Below, piece after piece: positions 19,304 through 29,113 of a stretch of DNA of 63,022 bases. Within the stretch, counting starts at the first letter, position 1. Each line of letters begins with the position of its first letter. The notes below the pieces were generated by a model. That model was not told the origin of the DNA and made no database searches. It was given only the letters and a program-made list of their open reading frames with translations. Made by a program: the position numbers and the translations under genes. Source of the stretch: Terriglobales bacterium (GTDB taxonomy: Bacteria; Acidobacteriota; Terriglobia; Terriglobales; Acidobacteriaceae); the NCBI GenBank assembly GCA_049509215.1, contig JBELAC010000001.1:1-63022 (forward strand), read 5' to 3'.

Positions 19304-20428
19304 TCAGTCGGCGGTTTCAAACGCCGTACGAAGGAAGCTGGCCAGATTCCATCCATCCATGTAGTTGTATGGAAATTCTCCCATTGAATAATGACCGCAG
19401 GGCAGGACGACGACTTTGTGGTCGAGATGGTGGCGCGCGAACTCGGTCACGACCTGCCGCGAAAACTCGGGCAGGAAGGTCAGATCATACTTCGCATAAA
19501 TAATGAGGGACTTCCTCGGCCAGCGCGAGAACTTGTCGAAGTACACCATTGGACTGACTGCGCGAAAAGCGTTTCGAAGCTCCTCGAAATCAATTCCCGC
19601 TTCGAGCCCCTGGCGGATATGACGAGTCGACTGTCCATGCCAGACGACGTCGGCGAAATAGGTTGATGCGTGGTTGAAGGCCGCGACGCGGATTCGTGGA
19701 TCATGGGCGGTCGAGATAAACGCATAGCAGGAACCGAGGCTGGTGCCTACGATGCCGAGCCGGTTGTAGCCCTGCGACTCCAGCCAGTCAAAGCACGAGC
19801 GCACGTCGACGACACCCTGACGCACGGAGTCGATCGTTCGGCCGATGTTGGCGGAGACGGCATAGTCCGCGCGGTGAACTCCAGCGGGCCGCCGGATGTC
19901 GTGGTATGGCATGCTTAGACGCAGGACGGCAATTCCCAGCCAGTTCAAAACCCTACAGAGGCTGTTGTAGGCGAGGCCATCGGCATTCCAGTGTGGAAGT
20001 ACGACCACGGCACGCCGCCCCTGAGCGGGAAACCAGCGCGCATTGACAAGATTGTTTTCCGGAAAGGGAGTCACGACCGGCGAAGTGAAGCGAAGAAAAT
20101 CGGCGCAGGTGCCACGGACTTTTTCTTCGAGTTTCGGGTCGGGAACCTCGCGCGTACTGAAGACCTGGACTTCGCGGTTCTCGAGCCGGAAATCGGTTGG
20201 CGTCTTATACGCGTAGAATTCATCGCTGTTCTGAATGATGCGATCGTTGAAACGGGCGAAGTATTGGGCCAGTTCGCGGGATGACTCTCCGCGCGGTGCG
20301 CCATTCCGCCCCGGCCAGTTTGTTGTCCACTCGAGACCCCACTCCAAAGGACGGACGACCCGGTTGTTATCCACCGAGGTGAGGCGAGTCTCCCAATCGT
20401 GCATCCATTGGCCGTAACGAGAGTGCAT
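19304..20428 (-). CDS. alpha/beta-fold hydrolase
   Basis: GTSLGS (GxSxG elbow) and a C-terminal ...LPCGHY His region. 374 aa. Confidence 0.75.
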   Translation of the reverse strand: MHSRYGQWMHDWETRLTSVDNNRVVRPLEWGLEWTTNWPGRNGAPRGESSRELAQYFARFNDRIIQNSDEFYAYKTPTDFRLENREVQVFSTREVPDPKLEEKVRGTCADFLRFTSPVVTPFPENNLVNARWFPAQGRRAVVVLPHWNADGLAYNSLCRVLNWLGIAVLRLSMPYHDIRRPAGVHRADYAVSANIGRTIDSVRQGVVDVRSCFDWLESQGYNRLGIVGTSLGSCYAFISTAHDPRIRVAAFNHASTYFADVVWHGQSTRHIRQGLEAGIDFEELRNAFRAVSPMVYFDKFSRWPRKSLIIYAKYDLTFLPEFSRQVVTEFARHHLDHKVVVLPCGHYSMGEFPYNYMDGWNLASFLRTAFETAD

Positions 20429-20565
20429 CTGGTTTTAGGATAGCAAACGCCGGAGTGGGGCCATTGATCGAGACATCGAGTGGAACGCGGGCCGCATTGA
20501 CCGGTTGCGTATACGCATTGACGCGCCATTGACGAAACCCCGCATCGGGGCCACAAGCAGAATTC

Positions 20566-21762
20566 TCAGCTGTAAACTCTCGGCACGCGCTGCGAGATGC
20601 CGCACAGAATTTCATAAGGAACGGTCTCGCAAAGGCGCGCGAGTTCAACGGCGTCCACGCTCTTTGCACCGGTCGAGCCGATCAGAATCACCTCATCGCC
20701 CACGGCGACACCCGGGATGTGGCCGACATCGACCATCGTGAGATCCATCGACACGCGCCCGACAACGGGCGCGTATTCACCGCGCACAATCACGCGCGCG
20801 CGATTCGAGAGCAGGCGCGGATAACCGTCGGCATAGCCGACTGGCAAGACGGCGATCCGGCTATGCTCCTTGGTCAAGTATGTTCCCATGTACCCGACAG
20901 CCTGTCCCGGTGGCACATCCTTCACCGTAAGAACGCGGGTCTTCCAAGAAAGAACCGGACGCAGCGAAAGCAATGTGTCTGCTGTCGACTGCTCTGTCGT
21001 CTCGCCGCCTCGCATTGTCGGAAGCGAATATCCGTAGAGCAGGATGCCTGGACGAACCATGGTCTTCCACGTCGAGGGCCGCGCACTCACCGCCGCAGAA
21101 TTGCTCATGTGCACCAGTGGAGGATGGAGCCCACGCGCGGCAAGAATTGCTAGCGCGTCTTCGAAGAGTTTCATCTGGCGAGGAGCGTCTTGCGCATCGA
21201 GCACTTCGGCCGATGCAAAGTGCGTACTCACGCCTTCGAGGCGCAAGTGCTCACACGCGGCGAGTTTGTCGCAGAGCTGCGGTAATGCGTCGTTCGGCAC
21301 ACCCAGGCGGTTCATGCCCGTATCCACTTTGAGATGGACGGGCAGGACGGCCTGCTGTTTTCGCGCCGCTTTCTCGAGGCGTTCGACGTGCCAGGCCTCC
21401 CAAACGGTGGGAGTGAGATTGTGCGCAACGATGCTGTCCTCTTCGCCCTTCCAGATTCCGGTCATGAGCAGAATGCGGGTCCAGATGCCGGCGCTGCGGA
21501 GTGCTCGTCCCTCGGCGGCATCGGTCACACCGAGCCAGGGAGCACCCTCGGCTTCGAGCGCAAGCGCGCATTCGGTGGCACCGTGGCCATAGCCATCGGC
21601 TTTGACGACAGCACAGATCGCCACGTCGGCGCCGACATGGTCCTGCACAACGTGGAAGTTCTCCCGCAAGGAGGCAACCGAAACCTCCGCCCAGGTGCGG
21701 CCGTCGAGGGCGAGCGAGCGGCGATCGGGAAGGACTAAACGATCAAGGCGAGGGGCATTCAC
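20566..21762 (-). CDS. alr: alanine racemase
   Basis: AVVKADGYGHG PLP-lysine motif. The C-terminal beta domain contains PVGYADGYPR. Confidence 0.93.
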   Translation of the reverse strand: MNAPRLDRLVLPDRRSLALDGRTWAEVSVASLRENFHVVQDHVGADVAICAVVKADGYGHGATECALALEAEGAPWLGVTDAAEGRALRSAGIWTRILLMTGIWKGEEDSIVAHNLTPTVWEAWHVERLEKAARKQQAVLPVHLKVDTGMNRLGVPNDALPQLCDKLAACEHLRLEGVSTHFASAEVLDAQDAPRQMKLFEDALAILAARGLHPPLVHMSNSAAVSARPSTWKTMVRPGILLYGYSLPTMRGGETTEQSTADTLLSLRPVLSWKTRVLTVKDVPPGQAVGYMGTYLTKEHSRIAVLPVGYADGYPRLLSNRARVIVRGEYAPVVGRVSMDLTMVDVGHIPGVAVGDEVILIGSTGAKSVDAVELARLCETVPYEILCGISQRVPRVYS

Positions 21763-21925
21763 TCATCCGATTATAACGAGCGTGTCGCGCGGGATGCTGA
21801 CGAACCAGTTTCATCCGCACACCGTCGTAATGGCCGAAACGCTCACCACAGAGACACGGAGACGTAGAGAAAAGCAAACCCCTTTGGATGAATTCCGCCC
21901 ACCCGCTCCCTTCGGCATGTCCCGT

Positions 21926-22642
21926 CTAGCTCCCGGAGAGCGTGAAGTTCACCGTGATTTCGGTCTCCACTTCGATAGGCTCACCATTCAGTAAATACGG
22001 ACGGTAGCGCCATTGTTTGACGGCTTCAATCGCCGCTGTCACCAGCATGGCATGTCCGTCCATGACGGTCAGGTTCTCTATTGTGCCGGTGCGGCTGATG
22101 ATGGCACGCAACTTAACCGCTCCTTGAATTCTCGCCTCCCGGGCGAGCAGCGGATAGGCGGGTCGTACACGATAGATGAGATTACCTTCGGCCCAATGCG
22201 AGATGCGCAAGGGGTGCGTTGGAACTGGCGGAGGAGGAGGTGCAACAGTAATGGTTTCTCTGAACCCGCCCGGGACCCCGCGTGGAAAAACGTTTGTTCC
22301 ACCGGGCACTCCAAATTCACCGATCGCTGGAGCCGCGGGAACATCCGCGTCATGGATGACGGCGATTTCTGGCGGAATGGAGGGAGGCGCAATGATATGA
22401 ACTCCGCTCATGTTGGAAGCATGCATCGATCGCTGCGGGTTCTGCGCAGTGACGGGCGCCTGCGCGGGCGGCGGCGAGAAAAATGGAGAGGTAATCCATT
22501 GCAACCGCGGTGGTCCCTGCACGTTGAGCAGTGGAATGGCAAGCAGCAAGCTCACAGCAAGCGCTTGGAGAGTGAACGAACCGATTGTGGTCCATCGGCG
22601 CCGCGCAGACTGATCCCAGGTGTTTTCAAGTGCGCTGAACAT
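21926..22642 (-). CDS. tonB: energy transducer TonB
   Basis: N-terminal TM segment, a Pro-rich linker, and a C-terminal TonB_C domain (YPLLAREARIQGAVKLRAIISRTGTIENLTV...AIEAVKQWRYRP). Confidence 0.8.
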   Translation of the reverse strand: MFSALENTWDQSARRRWTTIGSFTLQALAVSLLLAIPLLNVQGPPRLQWITSPFFSPPPAQAPVTAQNPQRSMHASNMSGVHIIAPPSIPPEIAVIHDADVPAAPAIGEFGVPGGTNVFPRGVPGGFRETITVAPPPPPVPTHPLRISHWAEGNLIYRVRPAYPLLAREARIQGAVKLRAIISRTGTIENLTVMDGHAMLVTAAIEAVKQWRYRPYLLNGEPIEVETEITVNFTLSGS

Positions 22643-22749
22643 GTTGTCCTCCAGAACGGGCCCGTTGGGAGTACAGACACCTGCGGGATTGGATTTGATC
22701 CAGAGATGCAGAGCGAGGGAAGCTTCAGCTTTTTCGAAACATCATCAGC

Positions 22750-22780
22750 AAAAAAAAGACCGCGTTAGCACGCGGTCTTT
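22750..22780 (-). terminator. intrinsic terminator after skp
   Basis: Stem aaagaccgcg/cgcggtcttt (22755-22764 and 22771-22780) with loop ttagca. On the minus strand it is followed by T8 (the A8 run at 22750-22757). Confidence 0.75.
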
Positions 22781-22820
22781 ATCGAGAGCGGCGGGAACAA
22801 AAACCGATCCCGCGGTGTCG

Positions 22821-23522
22821 CTACTGCTTCGGCGGAGTTGCAGGCTTCGCCGCCGGTTTGGCGCCCGTGGTTGGAGGTGCCTTCGCCGCAGGCTTAGCCG
22901 GGCTGGTACCGGCAGCAGGCGCGGGCACGCCGGACTGGACGTTGTACGCATCGACGATCGCCTGCGTGATGTCGAACGCGGGTCCCGAGACGATAACGGA
23001 GCCGCCTCGCTGCCACGGATTGGAGGTATCAAGAATCAGCCCGTAGCCGTTGTCAGTGATGTATTTTTCGATGAGGGGGCTCATCTTGGTGAGAATGCGA
23101 CTTCCGATCTCGCCCTGTTGAGCTTGGATATCTTCCTGGAAGTCCTGATTGGCGCGGTCGAAACTCTTCTGCTTGCTCTCGATCTGTTTCAGGAGCTTGT
23201 CGCGAGACTCGTCGTTGAGTTTGTCTTGCTGGGCATTGAGCTGCTTCTTGAGGCTGTCGATCTCATCAGCCAAGCCCTTCAAGTCGTTCTGCTTGGGCTC
23301 AACTTTCTTGCGGAGCCCTTCCAGGTCGCGCTGTCCTTCGTTCGAGGCGAGAACGGCCATCTCGATGTTGAGAGTGCCAATTTTTGTGCCGGTCTTCGGC
23401 GCGGCTGCAGCAGCAGCGGAAGGCGCGTTAGGCGGAGTGGCGGCAGGCTGACCTGCCTGGGCAAAAGCTATGAGAGAGAAACCGAGCATGACGGCTGCGA
23501 TGCGCGCAAACTTGCTGATCAT
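22821..23522 (-). CDS. skp: OmpH/Skp-family periplasmic chaperone with Pro/Ala/Lys-rich C-terminal tail
   Basis: AAGGAG SD then MISKFARIAAVMLGFSLIAFAQA signal. Long coiled-coil (LQKKV..KQNDLKGLADEIDSLKKQLN) and a tail PAKPAAKAPPTTGAKPAAKPATPPKQ. Confidence 0.8.
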   Translation of the reverse strand: MISKFARIAAVMLGFSLIAFAQAGQPAATPPNAPSAAAAAAPKTGTKIGTLNIEMAVLASNEGQRDLEGLRKKVEPKQNDLKGLADEIDSLKKQLNAQQDKLNDESRDKLLKQIESKQKSFDRANQDFQEDIQAQQGEIGSRILTKMSPLIEKYITDNGYGLILDTSNPWQRGGSVIVSGPAFDITQAIVDAYNVQSGVPAPAAGTSPAKPAAKAPPTTGAKPAAKPATPPKQ

Positions 23523-23791
23523 TGGATCCTTGTACTCCTTCGGGATTTTTCGGGAACGTTGATGCTCTCGACTCACCGGGCTCTACGAACTGATCGTGAT
23601 TCGGCGATCAGCCTGCACACCGAGCGTGCAGACGCGTATCACGCCCGCATTTTCACGCCGAACAGACAAGCGTGATGATCACCCACAGTTCCTTGATTGG
23701 GGGTAGACGCACAAATTATACGGAGCATTGAGGAAGAGCGTCAAACGGGGATGTCTTCTGGGAGAGACTCTATCTCTAAGAGCTGCCGGTC

Positions 23792-25099
23792 TCACTTGAA
23801 TCCCACCGCGCTCATGGCCGCCTGGACCTCTGGATTTTTCATAAAGACATCCCACACGAAGGCGGTTCGATAATTCTCCGCCATCAGCGTGGCAATGCCT
23901 AGATCGATTCCCAACGCGTCGGTGTCATACCAGCGCGTCAACGGGTTAAAAGCATCCACGAAACTGTACCGCTGCCAGGCATCCGGGTAATTGTCCTGGA
24001 CATTGCGGAGGACCGCTATGCAGTCGGGCGAGACAAAAGGGATGGAACCCCCGGCTGCGCACGGCACGATCGATCCATCAATGGGGCCCATGGCGGGCGG
24101 CCCTCCCCATGCTACATATCCGTAATTCTGGGAATCCGAGGAGGTGATTCCCCAAAGGTTATCGTCATAGTCAACGAACTCTCCTGCCAGAGAGAGGCAG
24201 AACTGCTTGTGCGCCTCGCTCGCCGCGATGGAATTGTTGAAGTAGTTGGCGTAGGCGTCCTGCTTATTGCGAAAGTCAAACCAGGCATGGGAATACTGGT
24301 GAATGAAGAGGGGAGCATTGCCGCTGATGAAGGTGAATCCGTCGAAAGTGATAGTCGGGCGAGCAAACGCGTCCCACGCACTGGGCGGCACGGGAAAAGT
24401 CGTCGATCCGATGGCCAGTAGATAGAGCATCATGAGTTCGCAATACGTGTCATACCGGGAGGTAAGAAAGCCGCCTTCGGGCGTCCACCCCTGGGAGAAT
24501 GTTGTTCCGCCATCGAGCATCCACGGCCAATTCACCCGCTGATAGATCTGCGCGGCCAGGGTTTGAATTTGCGAATTTTGAAAAAATTGCCGACAAGTGA
24601 GGACGCCGCAAAGCAAAATCGAAGTATCAATCGAGGACACTTCGGACTGGTTGACACGCTGCCCTGTATTCATGTCGACGAAGTGATAGAAGAAGCCGTT
24701 CTGATGCGGCAAGTTGTTCCAGATGAAACTTAAAGTTGTGAGAACGCGGGATTGGACCTGGGAACTGGGTAAATATCCGCGTTGGGCGGCAATGCACAGC
24801 GCGGTAAGGCCGAATCCGGTGGCAGCAATGCTCGAGACCGTGCGGGGATCGGCGCCGCCGCTGGCGTAGGCACGGTCCAAAACCTGCCCTGTAGCAGCGC
24901 TTGCCCGCTCCCAGAAAAACAAGCACGCGCCCTGCTCCATCTGGTCAAGGAATTGATCGTCTGTTTCCGGGCCTGTTCCGCCAGCACTCCCTGTGTTCTT
25001 CGGCGACCCTGCGCATGACAGACCCAGCAGCGCCATGTTGAGCACGGGGAAGGCGAGCGCGCTTTTCCCGAATAGTGAGAGCGCCTCGCGCCGATTCAT
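23792..25099 (-). CDS. glucoamylase-like (alpha/alpha)6 glycoside hydrolase (PF10091/GH144-like beta-glucanase family)
   Basis: Twin-Arg-like N-terminus MNRREALSLFGKSALA. FFWERA...SIAATGFGLTAL...FFYHFVDMNTGQR...SSIDTSILL resembles the family by my recollection. An alternative ATG lies at 25129. Confidence 0.55.
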   Translation of the reverse strand: MNRREALSLFGKSALAFPVLNMALLGLSCAGSPKNTGSAGGTGPETDDQFLDQMEQGACLFFWERASAATGQVLDRAYASGGADPRTVSSIAATGFGLTALCIAAQRGYLPSSQVQSRVLTTLSFIWNNLPHQNGFFYHFVDMNTGQRVNQSEVSSIDTSILLCGVLTCRQFFQNSQIQTLAAQIYQRVNWPWMLDGGTTFSQGWTPEGGFLTSRYDTYCELMMLYLLAIGSTTFPVPPSAWDAFARPTITFDGFTFISGNAPLFIHQYSHAWFDFRNKQDAYANYFNNSIAASEAHKQFCLSLAGEFVDYDDNLWGITSSDSQNYGYVAWGGPPAMGPIDGSIVPCAAGGSIPFVSPDCIAVLRNVQDNYPDAWQRYSFVDAFNPLTRWYDTDALGIDLGIATLMAENYRTAFVWDVFMKNPEVQAAMSAVGFK

Positions 25100-25133
25100 T
25101 TTCTTGGGAGGAACGGGCCAGTCGTCCATTCAT

Positions 25134-26651
25134 CTACTTTACCTCGATTACCGCCAAACCGTGGGATGGCAAAGTGAGCGTCAGTACACCGTCTTTCAGA
25201 TCACGACTCTCGGGCGCGGGAAGCCGTGCAGCCTTGCGTAAACTGTCAATCTGGGTCTCGGTTGGATAACGTGGCGAACCCATTTTTTCGTATACAGATC
25301 GCACGTCGCCATGTTCAGGATTAACGCGCGAAATCGAAGCATGTGCCGCCGGACCGCCCTTGAATCTCACGGTAAATGTCTTAGGTGCGCCAGTCTCGCC
25401 GGGCGCGGAGTAATTCCACACGGCTACGACTCGGGTGCCATCTTTCCTGCGTGTGGCTAAAGCCGACTCAGAATCAAGTGGGATGCGTTCATTGCCCAGT
25501 TTGTGGAGAAGCGCAAAAGTTGCAAACGCGGGCTTAGGGATGGAATCCTCGGCGAGTAGTCCAAATCCGCCGTAGAACGGCTGCTTTACGACACCCTGTT
25601 CCTCAAAGACGTCTGACAACGTCCAATAGGACATCATGTCGACCAATCCATCACACTGACGAATCGTGTCGGCCATCCATGGCCCCATATAGTCTGAATC
25701 TGCCACCGAGGTTTCATTCATGTAGCTGGCGTTGAATTCGCTCCATACGAGCGGGAGGCTCGGTTTTGCTGACGCGAGAATCTGTTCGTGCACCTTCTTT
25801 ACCGCCCGGCAAACCATTCGATCGCGTGGAATGTTCTCGCTGGTCCCGAAAACATCTTCCGACTTGTCATTGCCATAGACATGAGTTGAAACAAAGTCAA
25901 CTGGGACGTTGTTTTCCGCGCAATGCCGGATGAATGCGTCCGCCCAAGCAGCCTGAGCGGTCGCGGGGCCGCCGACACGCAGGCGCGAATCCACCGACTT
26001 AACCGCACGGGCGGTATGGTCATAGAGTTCAAAATAGGTCGCTTGCTTGGGTTCTCCCGCCCAGAAGTCGAGGTTGGGTTCGTTCCAGACTTCGAAGTAC
26101 CACTGCGAGACTTCATTGATGCCGTAGCGATCCACCAGATGCCGGGTGAACGCTTGGATCATGTCGTCCCACTTGGCGTAGTCCTTGGGTGGAGAGATGT
26201 TCTGCTTGTACCAGAACGCATGGAGAACATCTTTGGCGGCGAGTTTTTTTGGCATGAAGCTTAGCTCGACAAATGGACGAACGCCTTTGGCCAACAACCC
26301 GTCGTAAATCTGGTCGACATAAGAGAAGTTGTAAATGGGATGACCTTGCGAATCCTCGTCGTAAATGCCGACTTCATCATGAAAAATGGCATGAAAACGT
26401 ACGTATTCGAAATCGGTAATCTCTTTGACGCTGCGTAGATCATCGCGATAGCTTTCGCGCAAGGCGAGGATAGCGCGGCCGGACCCAAACATTTTTTCCC
26501 AGAAATGAGGGAACGGATGCGTGGGAGTGGAGGCATCGACGACAACAGTTTCCGAATTCTGGGCGACGCTTTCCGCCCGAGCGAAAGGCTGCGACCAGGC
26601 GAGCAAGAGTGAAAGAACGGTTCGAAGGACAAATCGGCGGTTCATTCCCAT
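25134..26651 (-). CDS. glycoside hydrolase family 39 (beta-xylosidase-like)
   Basis: Signal peptide, WYFEVWNEPNL acid/base motif and VWSEFNASY nucleophile region. Confidence 0.8.
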   Translation of the reverse strand: MGMNRRFVLRTVLSLLLAWSQPFARAESVAQNSETVVVDASTPTHPFPHFWEKMFGSGRAILALRESYRDDLRSVKEITDFEYVRFHAIFHDEVGIYDEDSQGHPIYNFSYVDQIYDGLLAKGVRPFVELSFMPKKLAAKDVLHAFWYKQNISPPKDYAKWDDMIQAFTRHLVDRYGINEVSQWYFEVWNEPNLDFWAGEPKQATYFELYDHTARAVKSVDSRLRVGGPATAQAAWADAFIRHCAENNVPVDFVSTHVYGNDKSEDVFGTSENIPRDRMVCRAVKKVHEQILASAKPSLPLVWSEFNASYMNETSVADSDYMGPWMADTIRQCDGLVDMMSYWTLSDVFEEQGVVKQPFYGGFGLLAEDSIPKPAFATFALLHKLGNERIPLDSESALATRRKDGTRVVAVWNYSAPGETGAPKTFTVRFKGGPAAHASISRVNPEHGDVRSVYEKMGSPRYPTETQIDSLRKAARLPAPESRDLKDGVLTLTLPSHGLAVIEVK

Positions 26652-26728
26652 GAATGGCCCTCAACGAAAAAAGGAGGGTCAGGCGATGACTTCATCGTGT
26701 ATCGCCTGACGAACAGAGGTATCTTGCA

Positions 26729-27430
26729 CTAGAAACTAAGCCGCGCCTGGAGCTCTAGAACGCGTCCCGCCAAGCCATTGGTTGCCGTGCCGAAAAGCGG
26801 CTGGGCGGTGGGGTTTGTGCCGCAACAATAACTGACAATTGTCGAGTTGCTTCCAAAACTGAACGGCGCGAGATTGAGCTTGTTGAAAGCGTTATAGGCG
26901 GTCATGCGCAACTGAATATTGGCGCCTTGTCCGAAAATTCCGGGAGCGAGGCGAATCAGTTCATAGGGATCGCGGTCGATCTCCGGAAGATTTTCGACCT
27001 CGGCGGCTGTGAGCGTTCCGCTGATCGTGGCATCCTCGGTCTTGAGCGCCGAAATAGTTTCAGTCACGTTGACCGTCTCTTGCGCTTGACCGATTTCGAG
27101 GATTACATCCAATCCGCGCAGCAACTCGGCTTGAACCCAGACAGCGGGGTTCGCGCTCTTTTTGAAACCACTCTTTTCCACCGTCACCGTGTAGGTTCCG
27201 GGCGGCAACTCGGAGATGCGGTAGAAACCTGAAGAATTCGTCGTTGCGGCATGGACGATCCCGGTTCCATTGTCAGTGGCCGTTACGCTGGCATTGGCAA
27301 CGATCGCTCCCGATTTATCCTGCACGGTTCCCTGCAGGCTGGCGCCGTATTGTGCTCGAGCGGGCGCGGACAACAGGGTGAGGAAGGAAGTCAGCAGCAC
27401 GAAGACGAACAGCATGCGAGCAGTGCTCAT
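26729..27430 (-). CDS. internally collapsed TonB-dependent receptor-like protein (signal + CarboxypepD_reg + plug start fused in frame to the last barrel strands)
   Basis: GGAGG SD then MSTARMLFVFVLLTSFLTLLSAPARAQ. The N-terminal ~180 aa parallel the 14404-17898 protein. The C-terminal ~65 aa (NIQLRMTAYNAFNKLNL...LELQARLSF) parallel that protein's terminal strands. About 900 residues of barrel are absent. Confidence 0.7.
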   Translation of the reverse strand: MSTARMLFVFVLLTSFLTLLSAPARAQYGASLQGTVQDKSGAIVANASVTATDNGTGIVHAATTNSSGFYRISELPPGTYTVTVEKSGFKKSANPAVWVQAELLRGLDVILEIGQAQETVNVTETISALKTEDATISGTLTAAEVENLPEIDRDPYELIRLAPGIFGQGANIQLRMTAYNAFNKLNLAPFSFGSNSTIVSYCCGTNPTAQPLFGTATNGLAGRVLELQARLSF

Positions 27431-27930
27431 AGCAGCCTCCGGGACAGGTCTAAAATCTAGTCGCAGAAAATTACGCCCACGCAAATCAGAAATGATTATT
27501 AAAAAAGTACTCAATTGATTTAGTAGTCGCTAATGGCTTGTGGCATCTCTTCCACCATTGGTGTCAAGAAGAAGGGTGGCGTAAGCCAAAACGTCCTTGC
27601 CTGATCGCTTCTGCCGTGCACTAGCGCGTGCCAGGCCTTAAGAGATCCGGCAGAGCCCCATCCGGAACACAATCCGCCCCAGACAAGTGACACTCAGAAT
27701 GCTGGCGGACCATCTTGGGTTGCCTCCGGCAACGATTTCTTTGGGGCTCAACCGGATCGACCTCGAGAATCACCCAGGTCCGCATAAACCTCCGTATGGT
27801 CTGAGGGATAGTGTCGGATTGCACGCGCATTTTCAAAAATCCGACTCCCTCCCCGCTCTTAATCTGCATCTTAGGTGCCGTGCACAATAAGTCAGCCCTC
27901 GACAACTCGTCTTTGCCCGGCCCGGAGCCA

Positions 27931-28659
27931 GTGTTACTGCCCGGGGAACGCACGAATCACGAAGGAAGGCTCGTAAACAATCGTGTTTTGCTTGCGCTTC
28001 CGGAGTCTGAATATCAATCTCTGCGTCCTCTTTTGTCGTTTCAGTATCTCCCGAGTCATACCAGCCTCCATGAGCCTGGCGAAAAGCTGGAGTTCGTTCA
28101 CTTTCCAAACCGCGGTCTTGTTTCTCTTGTGGTTGTGACCCGCGAAGGCAAGACCGTCGAGGTAGGAGTAGTGGGTAACGAGGGACTGGTTGGGACGCCT
28201 GCTCTGGTTGGTCTGGACCGGTATCCTCATCGCGCGGTCGTGCAAATTGCAGGTGATGGATTTCGAATTCGGGTTGAGGCACTGCGAAATGCGATGGCAT
28301 CGAGTCCGTATCTGCAGAATCTCTCGAGCCGGCATGCCGTTATTCAGGGTATGCAAGCGGCGCAATCGGCGGCTTGCAACAGGCTTCATGGGATTGAACA
28401 GCGCCTAGCTCGTTGGCTACTAATGATGCAGGACCGCGTCGACAACAGCCACTTATGTATCACCCATGACTTCCTCTCCGCCATGCTGGGAACGGACAGA
28501 CCGAGTGTCAGCCTGGCTGCTGCGCTTCTCCAGCGAAAGGGCACGATCGAATACACCCGAGGCGCTGTTCGCATCGTGAACCGAGAGTTGCTCGAAGAAG
28601 CAAGCTGCGAGTGCTACCAGGTCATCCAGCAATTTAACGGTCTATTGGGCCTCAAATAA
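27931..28659 (+). CDS. Crp/Fnr-family transcriptional regulator
   Basis: cNMP-binding-like N-domain and a C-terminal HTH (ITHDFLSAMLGTDRPSVSLAAALLQRKGTIEY). The start is uncertain: GTG 27931 gives a family-typical length, while the longest ORF starts at GTG 27811. Confidence 0.8.
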   Translation: MLLPGERTNHEGRLVNNRVLLALPESEYQSLRPLLSFQYLPSHTSLHEPGEKLEFVHFPNRGLVSLVVVTREGKTVEVGVVGNEGLVGTPALVGLDRYPHRAVVQIAGDGFRIRVEALRNAMASSPYLQNLSSRHAVIQGMQAAQSAACNRLHGIEQRLARWLLMMQDRVDNSHLCITHDFLSAMLGTDRPSVSLAAALLQRKGTIEYTRGAVRIVNRELLEEASCECYQVIQQFNGLLGLK

Positions 28660-28724
28660 GCGGGCTGCGAACTCCGGCCGGCGCGGCAGAGATTGACTCT
28701 CTCCTTCGAACGCAGTTAACTCTC

Positions 28725-28753
28725 GGCGCTCCTTAACCGGAGCGCCATTTTTA
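28725..28753 (+). terminator. intrinsic terminator after the Crp-family gene
   Basis: Perfect 8-bp stem ggcgctcc/ggagcgcc, loop ttaacc, then attttta. Confidence 0.7.
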
Positions 28754-29113
28754 GTCCTATCGTCTTTATTCCTCGTCGTCGCGGATTCAAGGAGTTCGGA
28801 AACGGGGCGCGTTAGGCTACCAAGTTCCTTTGTCACTCCCCGTCAAAGTGTGCGCAACCAATGCCGATATTGCGAGCGGTGGCAAAAGTGGCAATCGCAG
28901 CAGCGCGCGTACGTCGCAGTGTTTGCCCGCCTGGAGCAACGGACCAATGTTGCCACCCTAACGCGCTATGGGACCAATATGGTTCGTCACTTTGTCCAGG
29001 ACCCCGAAAAAGAGTTACATCGGTTGCTACAGCGGTCTGAAGGTACTAACGCTCCGGCCGCCTGATAACAAGTGTTGGGAGGATCTCCGATTACGCTGAT
29101 CGGCATGCGCATT

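Noticed and set aside
22620-23675. Large ORFs antisense to well-supported genes, for example 22620-23675 (351 aa), 33084-33938 (284 aa), 35905-36588 (227 aa), 45445-46125 (226 aa), 544-1293 (249 aa) and 51066-51992 (308 aa).
   Set aside because: Each lies opposite a gene with clear family motifs. Their products are Arg/Ala/Pro/Ser-rich with no recognisable domains, as expected for shadow ORFs in GC-rich DNA.
28850-29065. 71-aa (GTG start) and about 59-aa overlapping plus-strand ORFs, plus a 64-aa minus-strand ORF (28642-28836), in the spacer after the Crp-family gene.
   Set aside because: None has a usable SD, the amino-acid composition is odd, and they are mutually overlapping. The region is more likely non-coding or regulatory.
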